A DNA stretch of 47,040 nt, counting the filler, from an uncultured Methanosarcinales archaeon (lineage in GTDB: Archaea; Nanobdellota; Nanobdellia; Woesearchaeales; UBA12501): assembly GCA_964397315.1 (NCBI GenBank). It is 10 parts of 10 records of this genome, joined end to end, with 100 filler letters (N's around TTAATTAATTAA, not from the genome) between each part and the next. Parts side by side here need not be neighbours in the genome. Positions count along the whole stretch, not along the records: positions 1 to 7,029 come from CAYNHV010000046.1; positions 7,130 to 14,087 come from CAYNHV010000047.1; 8 more parts are not named here. One strand, 5' to 3'. The position numbers and the translations under genes are program-made. Positions 1 to 8,541 of this stretch are shown here, piece by piece; position 1 is the first letter of the stretch; every line of letters starts with the position of its first letter. Below the pieces are notes generated by a model. The model made no database searches. It was not told the origin of the DNA and was given only the letters and a program-made list of their open reading frames with translations.

Positions 1-124
1 GAGGATATATAGCTTATTAAAAAAGCTTATGTCAGAGGGTTTCTGTAAAGCCGTTTTAAGCCACTCAACAGGCTCCAGGCCAGTAGCACAAAATATTTAA
101 ATGAAGCGGGTATCTTTGCCTGAT

Positions 125-409
125 ATGGCAGAAAAACAGCAGCAAGGCAGTGAAGCAAGTAAGGAAGAGCAGATAGGCTTCCACAAGGGGGCATTGAGCA
201 CTCTGGCAAAGGAGAGGGAGGAGATGCAGAAGATAGTGCAGGTTGTGGAGCAGCTAATGCAGATGCACGTTAAGGCCCTGAAGGACCTGGGAGTTGACCT
301 TGCCAAAGAAGCGGAAAAAGCAAAGTCACAATCAGGCCAGGCGCAGCAGGGCTCAGGTCAGACCGGCCAGGCAGCAGACAACAAGCCGATTGAGGATATT
401 TTGAAGTGA
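125..409 (+). CDS. Small hypothetical protein, coiled-coil core with Gln/Gly-rich tail
   Basis: ORF 101..409; ATG at 125 is the likelier start, about 25 nt after the TATA-like TATTTAAA at ~94-101. No recognisable family motif. Confidence 0.7.
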   Translation: MAEKQQQGSEASKEEQIGFHKGALSTLAKEREEMQKIVQVVEQLMQMHVKALKDLGVDLAKEAEKAKSQSGQAQQGSGQTGQAADNKPIEDILK

Positions 410-494
410 GAAGTAATCTGCTTGATATTCCTAATGATTTCTTGTAAGGGAGGTGTAGCGCCAGCGGATATGCCAATGAAAATCCCAAATCAAA

Positions 495-1901
495 ATGCAA
501 TTGAAAGAACCCCTGCTATACGCTGAAGATGTGTATGAGTTAGCAAGCAGGCCATCATTCCAGAGCCCCACCATGAGAGATGCGGGGTTCAGGAGCATAG
601 ACAGTTTTGTTGAAGAGACTTTTAATAAGATACCTTATGATGCAATAGAAAAGTATGAGCGCCCGAAAAACGGAAACAAGGCCAACAGCAGTCCAACGGG
701 CATAACAAGGGATGAGCAGGAAAAGCTCACCAGATTCTATGCGTGCCTTATGCACATAGGTCACGAGGGGATGTGGAGGGCAAGCGGCGAGCCTTACGGC
801 GTGCATCCTTCAAGGTCCGCTTTCTTTGAAGCTAATTATGGTGTGAGCAGCTTCTCCCTGGACTCCACCCTCATACATGACCTTGGAGAGGAATGGATGA
901 AAGTGCTTGGAGCGGATAAAAAGCAGAAGGATTACAGTTATATAAAAACAGCAGTACTCCTTGCGCCTGCAATAATGGCTTATGAATATGCGAGATCAGA
1001 ATTCAGCAGTCCTGAAAGGTTCTTCCCCCACATCAGCATGATACAGATGGTTTACAACAGCCTTACGAGATGGCCTGATGAGAGCTATTTTAAGAATCTT
1101 CATGACGCATTCTACACGCAGGAGAAGAACATTCCCTTAGGTAAGGAAGGGAAGAAGATAAACCTGCAGCATCCCAAAAAAAGAAAAAAAATAGTGGAGT
1201 ATCTCAACAGCCTTTTCCAGATAAACAATGAAAAACTTGTAAAAGATTTCCACAAGGATGTAATTCTGGGATATAATGCTGGCGAAGAGGGCTGGAAAAA
1301 AATAAGGAGAAGAGCGATAATGGGGAAAGTTGCTGATGGACGTGACAACTCTTCAGACCTGTTGAATCAGGAGACTACAAAGGCCATAAAGATACTCTCA
1401 AAAGACATCTTCACAATAAACCAGATAATGATAATGAAAAGCCTCATGAAAAAGACAGAGTCAGTGGAGGAGCTTAATAGGGTGATGCATGAAACAGAAG
1501 ATTTCAAGAAAGTGCTTTTCAGCGAGACCGGAGTGACGTCTCATCTTGTAAGGCAGCTTGAACGCACAGGAGAAATCCCTGAATCATACATGGAAAAGAT
1601 AAACAAGGAGCTTGATGAGTATGTTAAAAGCCCTTTCATCGCAATAAGAACCTCTCCTGAGGAGGACAACAGCTCTTTCAGCAACATACTTAACACTTGC
1701 ATAAGCGCGCTCTTGGGGGATGAGAATAACATTGTGGATAAGAATGACACCCCTAACCAGTGGAAATATTTGAGAGTTTTTCAAGAAGTGGGAAAAAAAT
1801 TCCTTGAGAAAGAAAAAAAGGGTGATAACTTCATCATCAGGAAATTTGATCTCAGGCAGCTCTACAAGGAGGAAGCCAGGCGAGAAGGGAGAGAGATGTA
1901 A
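495..1901 (+). CDS. RelA/SpoT-type HD-domain hydrolase (SAH/Mesh1-like, (p)ppGpp hydrolase fold) with insertions and a C-terminal extension
   Basis: H90-EGMWR95-ASGEPYGVHP105 matches the RSH HxxQxRxSGEPYxxHP motif. LIHD129LGEE matches LLHDxxED, and AIMGKVADGRDN matches IKLADRLHN. Confidence 0.8.
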   Translation: MQLKEPLLYAEDVYELASRPSFQSPTMRDAGFRSIDSFVEETFNKIPYDAIEKYERPKNGNKANSSPTGITRDEQEKLTRFYACLMHIGHEGMWRASGEPYGVHPSRSAFFEANYGVSSFSLDSTLIHDLGEEWMKVLGADKKQKDYSYIKTAVLLAPAIMAYEYARSEFSSPERFFPHISMIQMVYNSLTRWPDESYFKNLHDAFYTQEKNIPLGKEGKKINLQHPKKRKKIVEYLNSLFQINNEKLVKDFHKDVILGYNAGEEGWKKIRRRAIMGKVADGRDNSSDLLNQETTKAIKILSKDIFTINQIMIMKSLMKKTESVEELNRVMHETEDFKKVLFSETGVTSHLVRQLERTGEIPESYMEKINKELDEYVKSPFIAIRTSPEEDNSSFSNILNTCISALLGDENNIVDKNDTPNQWKYLRVFQEVGKKFLEKEKKGDNFIIRKFDLRQLYKEEARREGREM

Positions 1902-1949
1902 AAGGCAGATCTTAAGTTTCCAACCAAGCAGTATAAGTCTTTATTCAGA

Positions 1950-3926
1950 ATGACAACAATAGATGAAAGATGCCAGGAGCTTGCAAAACAGATACAGCTC
2001 ATAATAGACGGAAGAATAACCAAGTTTGACAACAGCTACAGGAAGTTCATAAGCGGGAGGGTGAACAACCTTATTGAGGATCTCATAAAGAAATCAGAAT
2101 ATCACAGGAACAGGGTGAGGGAAGTCATTTATTCAATTCTTGAGGATTACTTCCTCATGGAAAGCCCCCCTCTTGAGATAGAGGACTTCAACCGGGCTGT
2201 GTTTTATTATGACGTAGAAGACTCAAACGGCTTCAGGAGCGCGGAATTCCGCTCAAAGATGGTCTCAAACCTTAGCTCCAAAATAATGAGGAACTATTTC
2301 CTGAAAAAAACTCAGCTTGGAGAGGAGGAAAAGAAATACAGCAAAAACATAAGGGATGCGGTGGCCTTCAGGATAATAGCGGACCATCCTGACACGCCTG
2401 AGGTTGATTTCCTCAGCCTGTATGAGTCAAAGGATACCGAGTGGCTGCTGGATTTTATAAAGGATAACCAGGACTTGTTCGTGACAGGGAGCACGAGCAT
2501 TGATGATTATGCTGAAGCAGCTGACAAAGGGTTTGAGACATTGTTCAGCACTTTCAAGGAAGCTTACAGGGAGGGGTATGAGGGCAAAAACTGGGAATCG
2601 CTTTATTCGCTGGCATGGTTTATCCAGGACAACGTCAAGTCACTGGGCCGGCAGAAAATGAGTGGCAGGCCTCCCAGATATGAAATTCTCAATGTATCTG
2701 ATATTGCCATGAAGTACAGGCACTGGGATGTTACTGTGGCCTCTCAGTCATTATTTTACATTGGAGACCCCACAGGCAAGCTCTCAATCCATGAGGACAT
2801 AATAGTGTTCGGCAATGAGAGTGCAGCAAAAGAGTATGTGGATGACATGAAAGAGGCAATAAGATTCAAGCGCTCAAGGGCAGCAGAAGAAAGAGGTGTG
2901 AGCGAGAAGAGTTCCCCTGTAAAGTTCAATAATCTTGGCGAAAAGGATTCACAAATAGTGCATCAGGGAGCCTATACAATTGATGAATCAGAGGGAAACA
3001 GGCTTCTGCTCATGAGGAACGGGAATGTGGTGCTCGCCTTCAGGGGAAGCCTGGAAAACAGGGATTTCTTTGGAGAGGTTATCGGAAAAAGCGCGGGCAA
3101 GGAAAGGATTGACGGGCTTGCCAAGATAACACTCTCTGCTGCCGAGAAAAACCTGACTGAAGATGATAAAAAGAAGCTTGGAGCCCACCACTTCAGGATT
3201 CCCCCCATGTTCATACCAGAGGATTACCTCACCCATCATTACACAGACAGCGAAACAGCCCAGCAGACCTATATGCTAAAGAAAACCCACAGAAAACAGC
3301 TTTTCTTCAAGGATTACCTTTCAATACCAAGGGATGATTATGAGGGGCTCCACGGTACAATCATAGAGAAAGGCAGCAGCGAATACAGGGAGCCTGTTGA
3401 GATACAGCTGAGGACATCCCTGGGGCATTTTGAAGCAGAGAAAGGAAAAGCAAGTAGTGATGATTTTGAAAAGCTCAAGGATGAGAGAATAGACCTCAAG
3501 ACCAAGGACCTGGAATGCAGGGCTCAGGAAAGAAAGAAAAAGCTTCTGGAAAGATTCAGGAAGGATGTCCTGCCCGAAGCCATAATATCATTCTATAACT
3601 CAAGGATTTACGGGGAGATAGAGGACATCAAGGCCAGCTTCAGGAACATAGTTTGTGACAGCCACCCCTCAGAGGGCTTTTCAGGAGTTGACGCCTCGCT
3701 GAAAAGGATTGATTTCATTGTTGACCAGCTCACGAGGGATTTCACTCTTCTAAGGAAAGAGTTTCCCAGGCGCAGCTTTGACTACCTAAAGAGAGACATA
3801 GCACTCCTGCCTGACACGCTAAGAGCCGAAAAAGACACCCCATCAGCCGCAGCTTACCTGGACAACCTGGAGCAGACTCTCACGAGGAGGGGCTTTCCTG
3901 CAGGGGAATACAGAAACACCCCCTAA
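1950..3926 (+). CDS. RelA/SpoT-type nucleotide pyrophosphokinase (alarmone synthetase, SAS-like) with a ~280-aa internal insertion
   Basis: R101SKMVSNLSSK111 (RxKxxxSxxxK-like), IRD136AVAFR141II (DxxxxR), K454DYLSIPRDDYEGLH (KDYxxxPKxxGYxSLH-like) and VE484IQLRT..GHFEAEKG (ExQxRT..HxxAExG). Confidence 0.8.
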   Translation: MTTIDERCQELAKQIQLIIDGRITKFDNSYRKFISGRVNNLIEDLIKKSEYHRNRVREVIYSILEDYFLMESPPLEIEDFNRAVFYYDVEDSNGFRSAEFRSKMVSNLSSKIMRNYFLKKTQLGEEEKKYSKNIRDAVAFRIIADHPDTPEVDFLSLYESKDTEWLLDFIKDNQDLFVTGSTSIDDYAEAADKGFETLFSTFKEAYREGYEGKNWESLYSLAWFIQDNVKSLGRQKMSGRPPRYEILNVSDIAMKYRHWDVTVASQSLFYIGDPTGKLSIHEDIIVFGNESAAKEYVDDMKEAIRFKRSRAAEERGVSEKSSPVKFNNLGEKDSQIVHQGAYTIDESEGNRLLLMRNGNVVLAFRGSLENRDFFGEVIGKSAGKERIDGLAKITLSAAEKNLTEDDKKKLGAHHFRIPPMFIPEDYLTHHYTDSETAQQTYMLKKTHRKQLFFKDYLSIPRDDYEGLHGTIIEKGSSEYREPVEIQLRTSLGHFEAEKGKASSDDFEKLKDERIDLKTKDLECRAQERKKKLLERFRKDVLPEAIISFYNSRIYGEIEDIKASFRNIVCDSHPSEGFSGVDASLKRIDFIVDQLTRDFTLLRKEFPRRSFDYLKRDIALLPDTLRAEKDTPSAAAYLDNLEQTLTRRGFPAGEYRNTP

Positions 3927-4381
3927 TCCGCAAGAATCCTTCTTGTCTTTGGAACATAGTTTATTATCCTGCTGTCCTTTATCTTTCCGCAGCCCATGAA
4001 GTCATTATTGCTCTTTATTATGGCGAATCCCTCTTCCTTAATGCCCTGCTTCTCAACATCATTGCCCTTGAACCACTGCCTGGCCTCATCATCATCAAGC
4101 TCAACCACATTCTTTTCCGCGCAGGGGCCCACCATCTGGCTTCCCTCAATGCTCAGCCTGATATCCCCATCTTTCATTATCTCTCCGAAGTACATGCCCA
4201 TCTTGTCAATCCGCAGGGCTGAGTCATCCAGCCTCCTGATTTCCTTGTTAACCAGGTATATCTTTTTCTTCCTGCTCTGGAGAAGGACAAGATCTGTTTT
4301 GAAGTCGCAGGCCCACTGGCTGCTTACCTTCCTGAGAAGAGATTTCTTCTGCCTGGTGTTCAGAATAGCAAGGTTTTCCAT
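3923..4381 (-). CDS. NIP7/RsmF C-terminal-like pre-PUA/PUA RNA-binding protein
   Basis: GMYFG...RLSIEGSQMVGP..KNVVEL..EARQWFKGNDV...GCGK...NYVPKTRR resembles archaeal NIP7-like PUA proteins. Confidence 0.7.
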   Translation of the reverse strand: MENLAILNTRQKKSLLRKVSSQWACDFKTDLVLLQSRKKKIYLVNKEIRRLDDSALRIDKMGMYFGEIMKDGDIRLSIEGSQMVGPCAEKNVVELDDDEARQWFKGNDVEKQGIKEEGFAIIKSNNDFMGCGKIKDSRIINYVPKTRRILAD

Positions 4382-4424
4382 GATAAAAAGAGAGAAAAAA
4401 GAAACAATAAAAAGGTTTCTGAAT

Positions 4425-4742
4425 CTAGATGTTCAGCTTGTCAGCATACTTCCCCACAAGAGGGATTGGCTTCATCTGCCCTGACACTGAGTATACCAGG
4501 CCTATAATCCATAGTATAAACACAATCAGCGTCAGTATTGGTGCGATAACCCACCCAAGAAGGGGTATCATGCCGATGATAAATGCTGCAACCGCCACTA
4601 TAAACAGAACCAGGCTCTGCTTTGCATAATACATAGCATACTTGTCCTCTTTCTTGGCCAGGAAGATTATAAGGAATCCTATTATCCCAAGAAATATGGC
4701 CAGAAAAGCCCAAAGCTTTGACTCACCTTGTTTTGCCATCAA
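4425..4742 (-). CDS. DUF4870-type small membrane protein
   Basis: Three hydrophobic segments, YYAKQSLVLF and C-terminal PIPLVGKYA motifs. Confidence 0.75.
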   Translation of the reverse strand: MMAKQGESKLWAFLAIFLGIIGFLIIFLAKKEDKYAMYYAKQSLVLFIVAVAAFIIGMIPLLGWVIAPILTLIVFILWIIGLVYSVSGQMKPIPLVGKYADKLNI

Positions 4743-4820
4743 ATCACCTCATAATTGTTTTAATCCTCTTTTATGCTCAAAAAGACTTCTAATATTTAAA
4801 TATTTGGCAAAAAACGGGTT

Positions 4821-6587
4821 TCAAACCCCCCATACAGCATTATCCTTCCTTTTTATCTTTGCTATCTCCTTTATGACTTCTATCTCATCCTCTTTCAGGT
4901 ACTGCTTCAGGCCCTTGAGCTTCCTGAAATGGTCTTCAGGCACTGCGCTGTACAGCACGCTCTCTCCCTCAATCTGCCTTCCCACTGTCACACCGGGAAG
5001 TGAGACTGCCACCTGCTTTCCCTTGTCTGCCTCGCTGACATTCTCCTTCTCATGCTGTATGTTCTTGACCTCTGTAATCTCCCTTCCCTGGTCGTTCATG
5101 AGCGGCATGCCAGTCTTCAAAGTCCCGCCAGTGATATCCACCCCCACTATAGCAGGGTTGCTCTGCCTGAATAAGTAGTTGCCCAGCACCTTAATCTTGC
5201 AGGGCCTCACCAGCATATCCAGCTTCATCTTCTCAATGTTCTTTGACGCTTCCTCGCTCCACTTCTCATAATCCTCTATGATCCTGTATATTATGTCGCC
5301 AGATATTATCTTAACGCTTGAGGGCACGTGAACACCCTCCTGGACTCTGATGTTAAAGCCAAGTATGACACTGTAGAGGGGGTTCTTCTCAAAGTTGCTC
5401 TCTGCGTCAGTGATGTCCTTCTTTGTTATGCTGCCCAGGGATGCCTTCATTATGGGAATGCCTTTTTCCTTAAGCAGGTTTATCATTGCCTCAAGAGAGC
5501 CCACATTGTCCGCCTTCACCACCACACCCTCCTTTTCTGTCTGTATAAAGACATCAGCTATCTCCTGCTGCACCCTCTCCTTTATGGCGTCCACCTCTTC
5601 TTCGCTGCCTGCTGCAAAAAGGGGCATGCCTGCAACAGCTCCCTCAATGCCAGGGGCAGAGACCTTGACTCCTGTGGCAGCCCTGACTTGCTTGACAGCC
5701 ACAAACCTTAACTTTTTCTCCCTCATCTCAGAAAGGGGGGTGGGCTCAAACAATGCCCTGACCTTTGCCACTATGGGCTCGTTCACCCCTCCCACAACTA
5801 TGAAGTCATTAACCCTTAATGTGCCGTCATAGATTATGACATCAGCTGTCTTGCCGAGGCCCTTCTCCTCCTTCATCTCCATTATTGTCCCTTTAGCAGG
5901 CCCTTCAACATCGCATTTCAGGCAGTTTTCAAGGAATCGCTGGGCAAGGCCTGTAACAACCATTATGAGCTCAGGCAGGCCTTCTCCTGTCTTTGCAGAG
6001 CAGGGGACAATGGCAATCTGCTTTGTGAAATCCTCAACCCTGTCAAACCTCTCTGAATTCATGCCGAACTTCTCATGCAGCTGGCCCACAACCTCATAAA
6101 GCCGCTGGTCAATCTGGGCTCTTGTCTGGGAGCTCTGCTCCTGAATGTTCTGCAGAATCTGCTTTTCCGCCCCCTTCCATCCCGGAATGAGGTCTGTCTT
6201 GTTAGCTGCAATAACAAAAGGGGTCTTGTTTGACTTCAGTATCTCTATGGCCTCTATTGTCTGAGGCTTGAACCCTTCATTGATGTCAACAACAAGGATG
6301 GCTATGTCTGCCAGTGTGCCCCCTCTTTTCCTAAGGCTTGTGAATGCTGCATGGCCTGGAGTGTCTATAAAGAGAAGGCCGGGTATTGTCAGCTTCATGT
6401 TAAGGCTCTCAAGAAGGGGTCCGCACTTCTTTCTTATGGTGTCAAGGGGTATTATTGAGGCCCCTATTGCCTGGGTTATCGCCCCTGCCTCTCCTGAAAC
6501 AACAGATGTGCCCCTGATGCTGTCAAGAATGCTTGACTTTCCATGGTCCACATGGCCCAAAACAGAGCATATGGGGCTTCTCATCAT
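4821..6587 (-). CDS. infB: Translation initiation factor aIF5B (IF-2)
   Basis: RSPICSVLGHVDHGKS, GEAGAITQAIGA, DTPGHAAF and ANKTD GTPase motifs; archaeal length of about 590 aa. Confidence 0.97.
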   Translation of the reverse strand: MMRSPICSVLGHVDHGKSSILDSIRGTSVVSGEAGAITQAIGASIIPLDTIRKKCGPLLESLNMKLTIPGLLFIDTPGHAAFTSLRKRGGTLADIAILVVDINEGFKPQTIEAIEILKSNKTPFVIAANKTDLIPGWKGAEKQILQNIQEQSSQTRAQIDQRLYEVVGQLHEKFGMNSERFDRVEDFTKQIAIVPCSAKTGEGLPELIMVVTGLAQRFLENCLKCDVEGPAKGTIMEMKEEKGLGKTADVIIYDGTLRVNDFIVVGGVNEPIVAKVRALFEPTPLSEMREKKLRFVAVKQVRAATGVKVSAPGIEGAVAGMPLFAAGSEEEVDAIKERVQQEIADVFIQTEKEGVVVKADNVGSLEAMINLLKEKGIPIMKASLGSITKKDITDAESNFEKNPLYSVILGFNIRVQEGVHVPSSVKIISGDIIYRIIEDYEKWSEEASKNIEKMKLDMLVRPCKIKVLGNYLFRQSNPAIVGVDITGGTLKTGMPLMNDQGREITEVKNIQHEKENVSEADKGKQVAVSLPGVTVGRQIEGESVLYSAVPEDHFRKLKGLKQYLKEDEIEVIKEIAKIKRKDNAVWGV

Positions 6588-6689
6588 TCTGAACACCCTG
6601 AAAACATGAAATTCAGGCTGTTTTTAAAGCTTTTGATGAATATGCGGGCCTTGTTTATAGGGAGAATCATTGCCCTAAAAACTCTGGTA

Positions 6690-7029
6690 GTGGGGGTTTA
6701 TCTGTGTTAATAAGCCCTGGTGATTCCCTTTGGGAGAGTAGGTTACACTTCTGTTTCCAGGTACTTCAAGCCCTTGGGAAGCTGATATTTTAGTTTTTAC
6801 AGCTCCAGGTTCCACCCGCCCTCTGAGGTATATGCTTGTGCTTATGATTCCTGGTGCTCCCCTGAGAGATAATAGATTTATGATAATAACTCCTGGTAAT
6901 TCCCTCCCTTGCGAGGCTGGGTTAATGCTGATAAACCCAGGTACTTCCCACCCTTACTGCACAACTATTTAGCAGGTTCACACCTTCTAAGTTTGCACAA
7001 CTTACTCCTTCTTCCACCAATAAGCCCAC
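6690..7029 (-). repeat. Degenerate ~45-nt tandem array (5-6 units) with leader, copy A
   Basis: Minus-strand units begin AGGGTGGGAAGTACCTGG, AGGGAGGGAATTACCAGG, AGGGGAGCACCAGG, AGGGCGGGTGGAACCTGG and AGGGCTTGAAGTACCTGG. Homologous to 7181-7345 and 43790-44022. Confidence 0.7.
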
Positions 7030-7129
7030 NNNNNNNNNNNNNNNNNNNNNNNNNNNNNNNNNNNNNNNNNNNNTTAATTAATTAANNNNNNNNNNNNNNN
7101 NNNNNNNNNNNNNNNNNNNNNNNNNNNNN
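7030..7129. other. Artificial contig linker (N-run/TTAATTAATTAA/N-run)
   Basis: Identical 100-nt linkers at 14088-14187, 19521-19620, 24337-24436, 29123-29222, 33645-33744, 37501-37600, 40984-41083 and 44128-44227. Confidence 0.99.
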
Positions 7130-7180
7130 CCATCCGGTGTTCCACCGGTGGTAGCCGCTCAACTATATTTTTGTTTGACT

Positions 7181-7345
7181 TAAAGAACCTGCCTGATGGT
7201 TGTTGAAGGGGGGGTGGGAAGTACCATGATTTACTAACATAAACCCGGCATCCCAAGGGTGGGAATTACCATGAGTAATCAGCATTAACCCAGAATCAAA
7301 AGGGCGGGAAGCACCATAGGTTATAACCTAAATATACTCTCACTA
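7181..7345 (+). repeat. Degenerate ~45-nt tandem array (3 units) with partial leader, copy B
   Basis: GAACCTGC..GTTG leader, then GGGTGGGAAGTACCATGA..., AGGGTGGGAATTACCATGA...ATCAGCATTAACCCAG and AGGGCGGGAAGCACCATAG at 45-nt spacing. Confidence 0.7.
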
Positions 7346-7404
7346 AATGAACTTAAACAGGAAACTCAGGAGCAGTTATCATAACACCCATCAGAAACAT
7401 CCTC

Positions 7405-7635
7405 TTATGACCTTTGTATGTCATCCTTTATCTTCTTTGTCAGCCTTTCAACCTCCTCATGGTCCTCCTCAGCCTGATTGGGCTTCGGAGGGTCAAACTT
7501 CTTCTTTGAGCTCTCCACCATCTCATGCACAAAAGATTCAGTCGGGTTCAGGGGCCGTTTCTTTGAGGTCTCCTGCTCTTCAGGCGCTTTATTCTCTTCT
7601 CTCTCCTGCTCTGAGTCCTTGTTTTCCTCTTCCAT
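7405..7635 (-). CDS. Small acidic/charged hypothetical protein
   Basis: 76-aa ORF with ATG and native-looking codon usage, downstream of a co-oriented gene run. Confidence 0.6.
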   Translation of the reverse strand: MEEENKDSEQEREENKAPEEQETSKKRPLNPTESFVHEMVESSKKKFDPPKPNQAEEDHEEVERLTKKIKDDIQRS

Positions 7636-7672
7636 GGCCTATGGTAGGGTATCAGAATATATAAAAGTTGCG

Positions 7673-8095
7673 TCAACGGACATTGCTGAGGTCTCCGTTG
7701 ACTATCACAGGCTCTGTTATTCTTATCTCAAGCGCGTACCTCAGCTCCTCCTCGCTTGGCAGGTCGTTCAGAAGGAATATTCTCTTGTTGAGGTGCCTTG
7801 CGAGGCCTATCTCCATGAGAGTGGCCCCTCCGATGTACCCATTCACGCCGTTCTTTGGGTAGTTCAGCACCAGTATCGCGTCGCTGTTCTCAATAAGGTC
7901 AAAGCATTTCTTGTCAATCTGCGTACTCATGCAGTGTTCAAAATCCATGTTAAGCTCCGGGTTCTTGACGCACAGGTGGGTGTCCTCAGGCACGAACGCC
8001 TCATGTCCGAGCTTCTCAAGCTCCTGCTTTGCCTCAAGCATCTCCCTTGCAAAGTGCATGCTCCCGCATATTGTTATCTTCATTATATTCCCCAA
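7673..8095 (-). CDS. Nucleoside 2-deoxyribosyltransferase-like (NDT fold) protein
   Basis: KITICGSM...LEKLGHEAFVP...IENSDAILVLN...YIGGATLMEIGLA..LNKRIFL pattern. Confidence 0.7.
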   Translation of the reverse strand: MGNIMKITICGSMHFAREMLEAKQELEKLGHEAFVPEDTHLCVKNPELNMDFEHCMSTQIDKKCFDLIENSDAILVLNYPKNGVNGYIGGATLMEIGLARHLNKRIFLLNDLPSEEELRYALEIRITEPVIVNGDLSNVR

Positions 8096-8098
8096 AAC

Positions 8099-8536
8099 CT
8101 ATTCAATAAGTCCCATCTTCCTGAACCAGTACTCCCAAACAGGCTCAAGCTTAATCCTTTTTATCTCGCCAGGAGTGTACCATCCTGCTGACCTTGTCTC
8201 TCTCAGGCTTCTCCTGATATCTCCTTCAACCTCGCACTCATAAACCCGCCAGTGATGGACATTAACTCCCTTGCTGCACCAGTTCCAGTCAAGCTCTTCT
8301 TCATAAAGCTTTCGGTGCTTTAATATCCTGAGGCCCACCTCCTCCTCAACCTCTCTCTTCAGGGCATCCTCTTCTGTCTCTCCCTTATCAACATGGCCGG
8401 CAGGCCCGGCAAACCCAAAAGGCTCAACTGCCCTGTCTATGAGCAGGTACTTTCCCTCCCTCTTTATCACAGCACCGGATGAGTAATGCATCTGCTTCCC
8501 TGACCTTGAAACGCCTGTTTTTGGTGCCCCCATCAT
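8099..8536 (-). CDS. NUDIX hydrolase
   Basis: Nudix box PAGHVDKGETEEDALKREVEEEVGL. Confidence 0.92.
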   Translation of the reverse strand: MMGAPKTGVSRSGKQMHYSSGAVIKREGKYLLIDRAVEPFGFAGPAGHVDKGETEEDALKREVEEEVGLRILKHRKLYEEELDWNWCSKGVNVHHWRVYECEVEGDIRRSLRETRSAGWYTPGEIKRIKLEPVWEYWFRKMGLIE

Positions 8537-8541
8537 AACCC

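Noticed and set aside
2372..3308. Intein in the synthetase
   Set aside because: No N-terminal Cys/Ser block, no C-terminal His-Asn followed by Cys/Ser/Thr, and no LAGLIDADG motifs seen.
7030..7129. TTAATTAATTAA palindrome inside N-runs, repeated nine times
   Set aside because: Artificial all-frame-stop contig linker. Contig lengths fall steadily (6958, 5333, 4716, 4686, 4422, 3756, 3383, 3044), so adjacency across linkers is not biological.
7205..7330. TGA-to-Gly recoding suggested by TGA aligning with GGA/GGG
   Set aside because: Clear genes in the window end in TGA (HerA-like ATPase, aldo/keto reductase, HU), and TAG/TAA also interrupt the same frame.
6690..7345. The 45-nt arrays as a CRISPR or TIGR-type guide array
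   Set aside because: There is no invariant repeat alternating with unique spacers, the variable parts are homologous to each other, and no cas or Nop-domain gene is in view.
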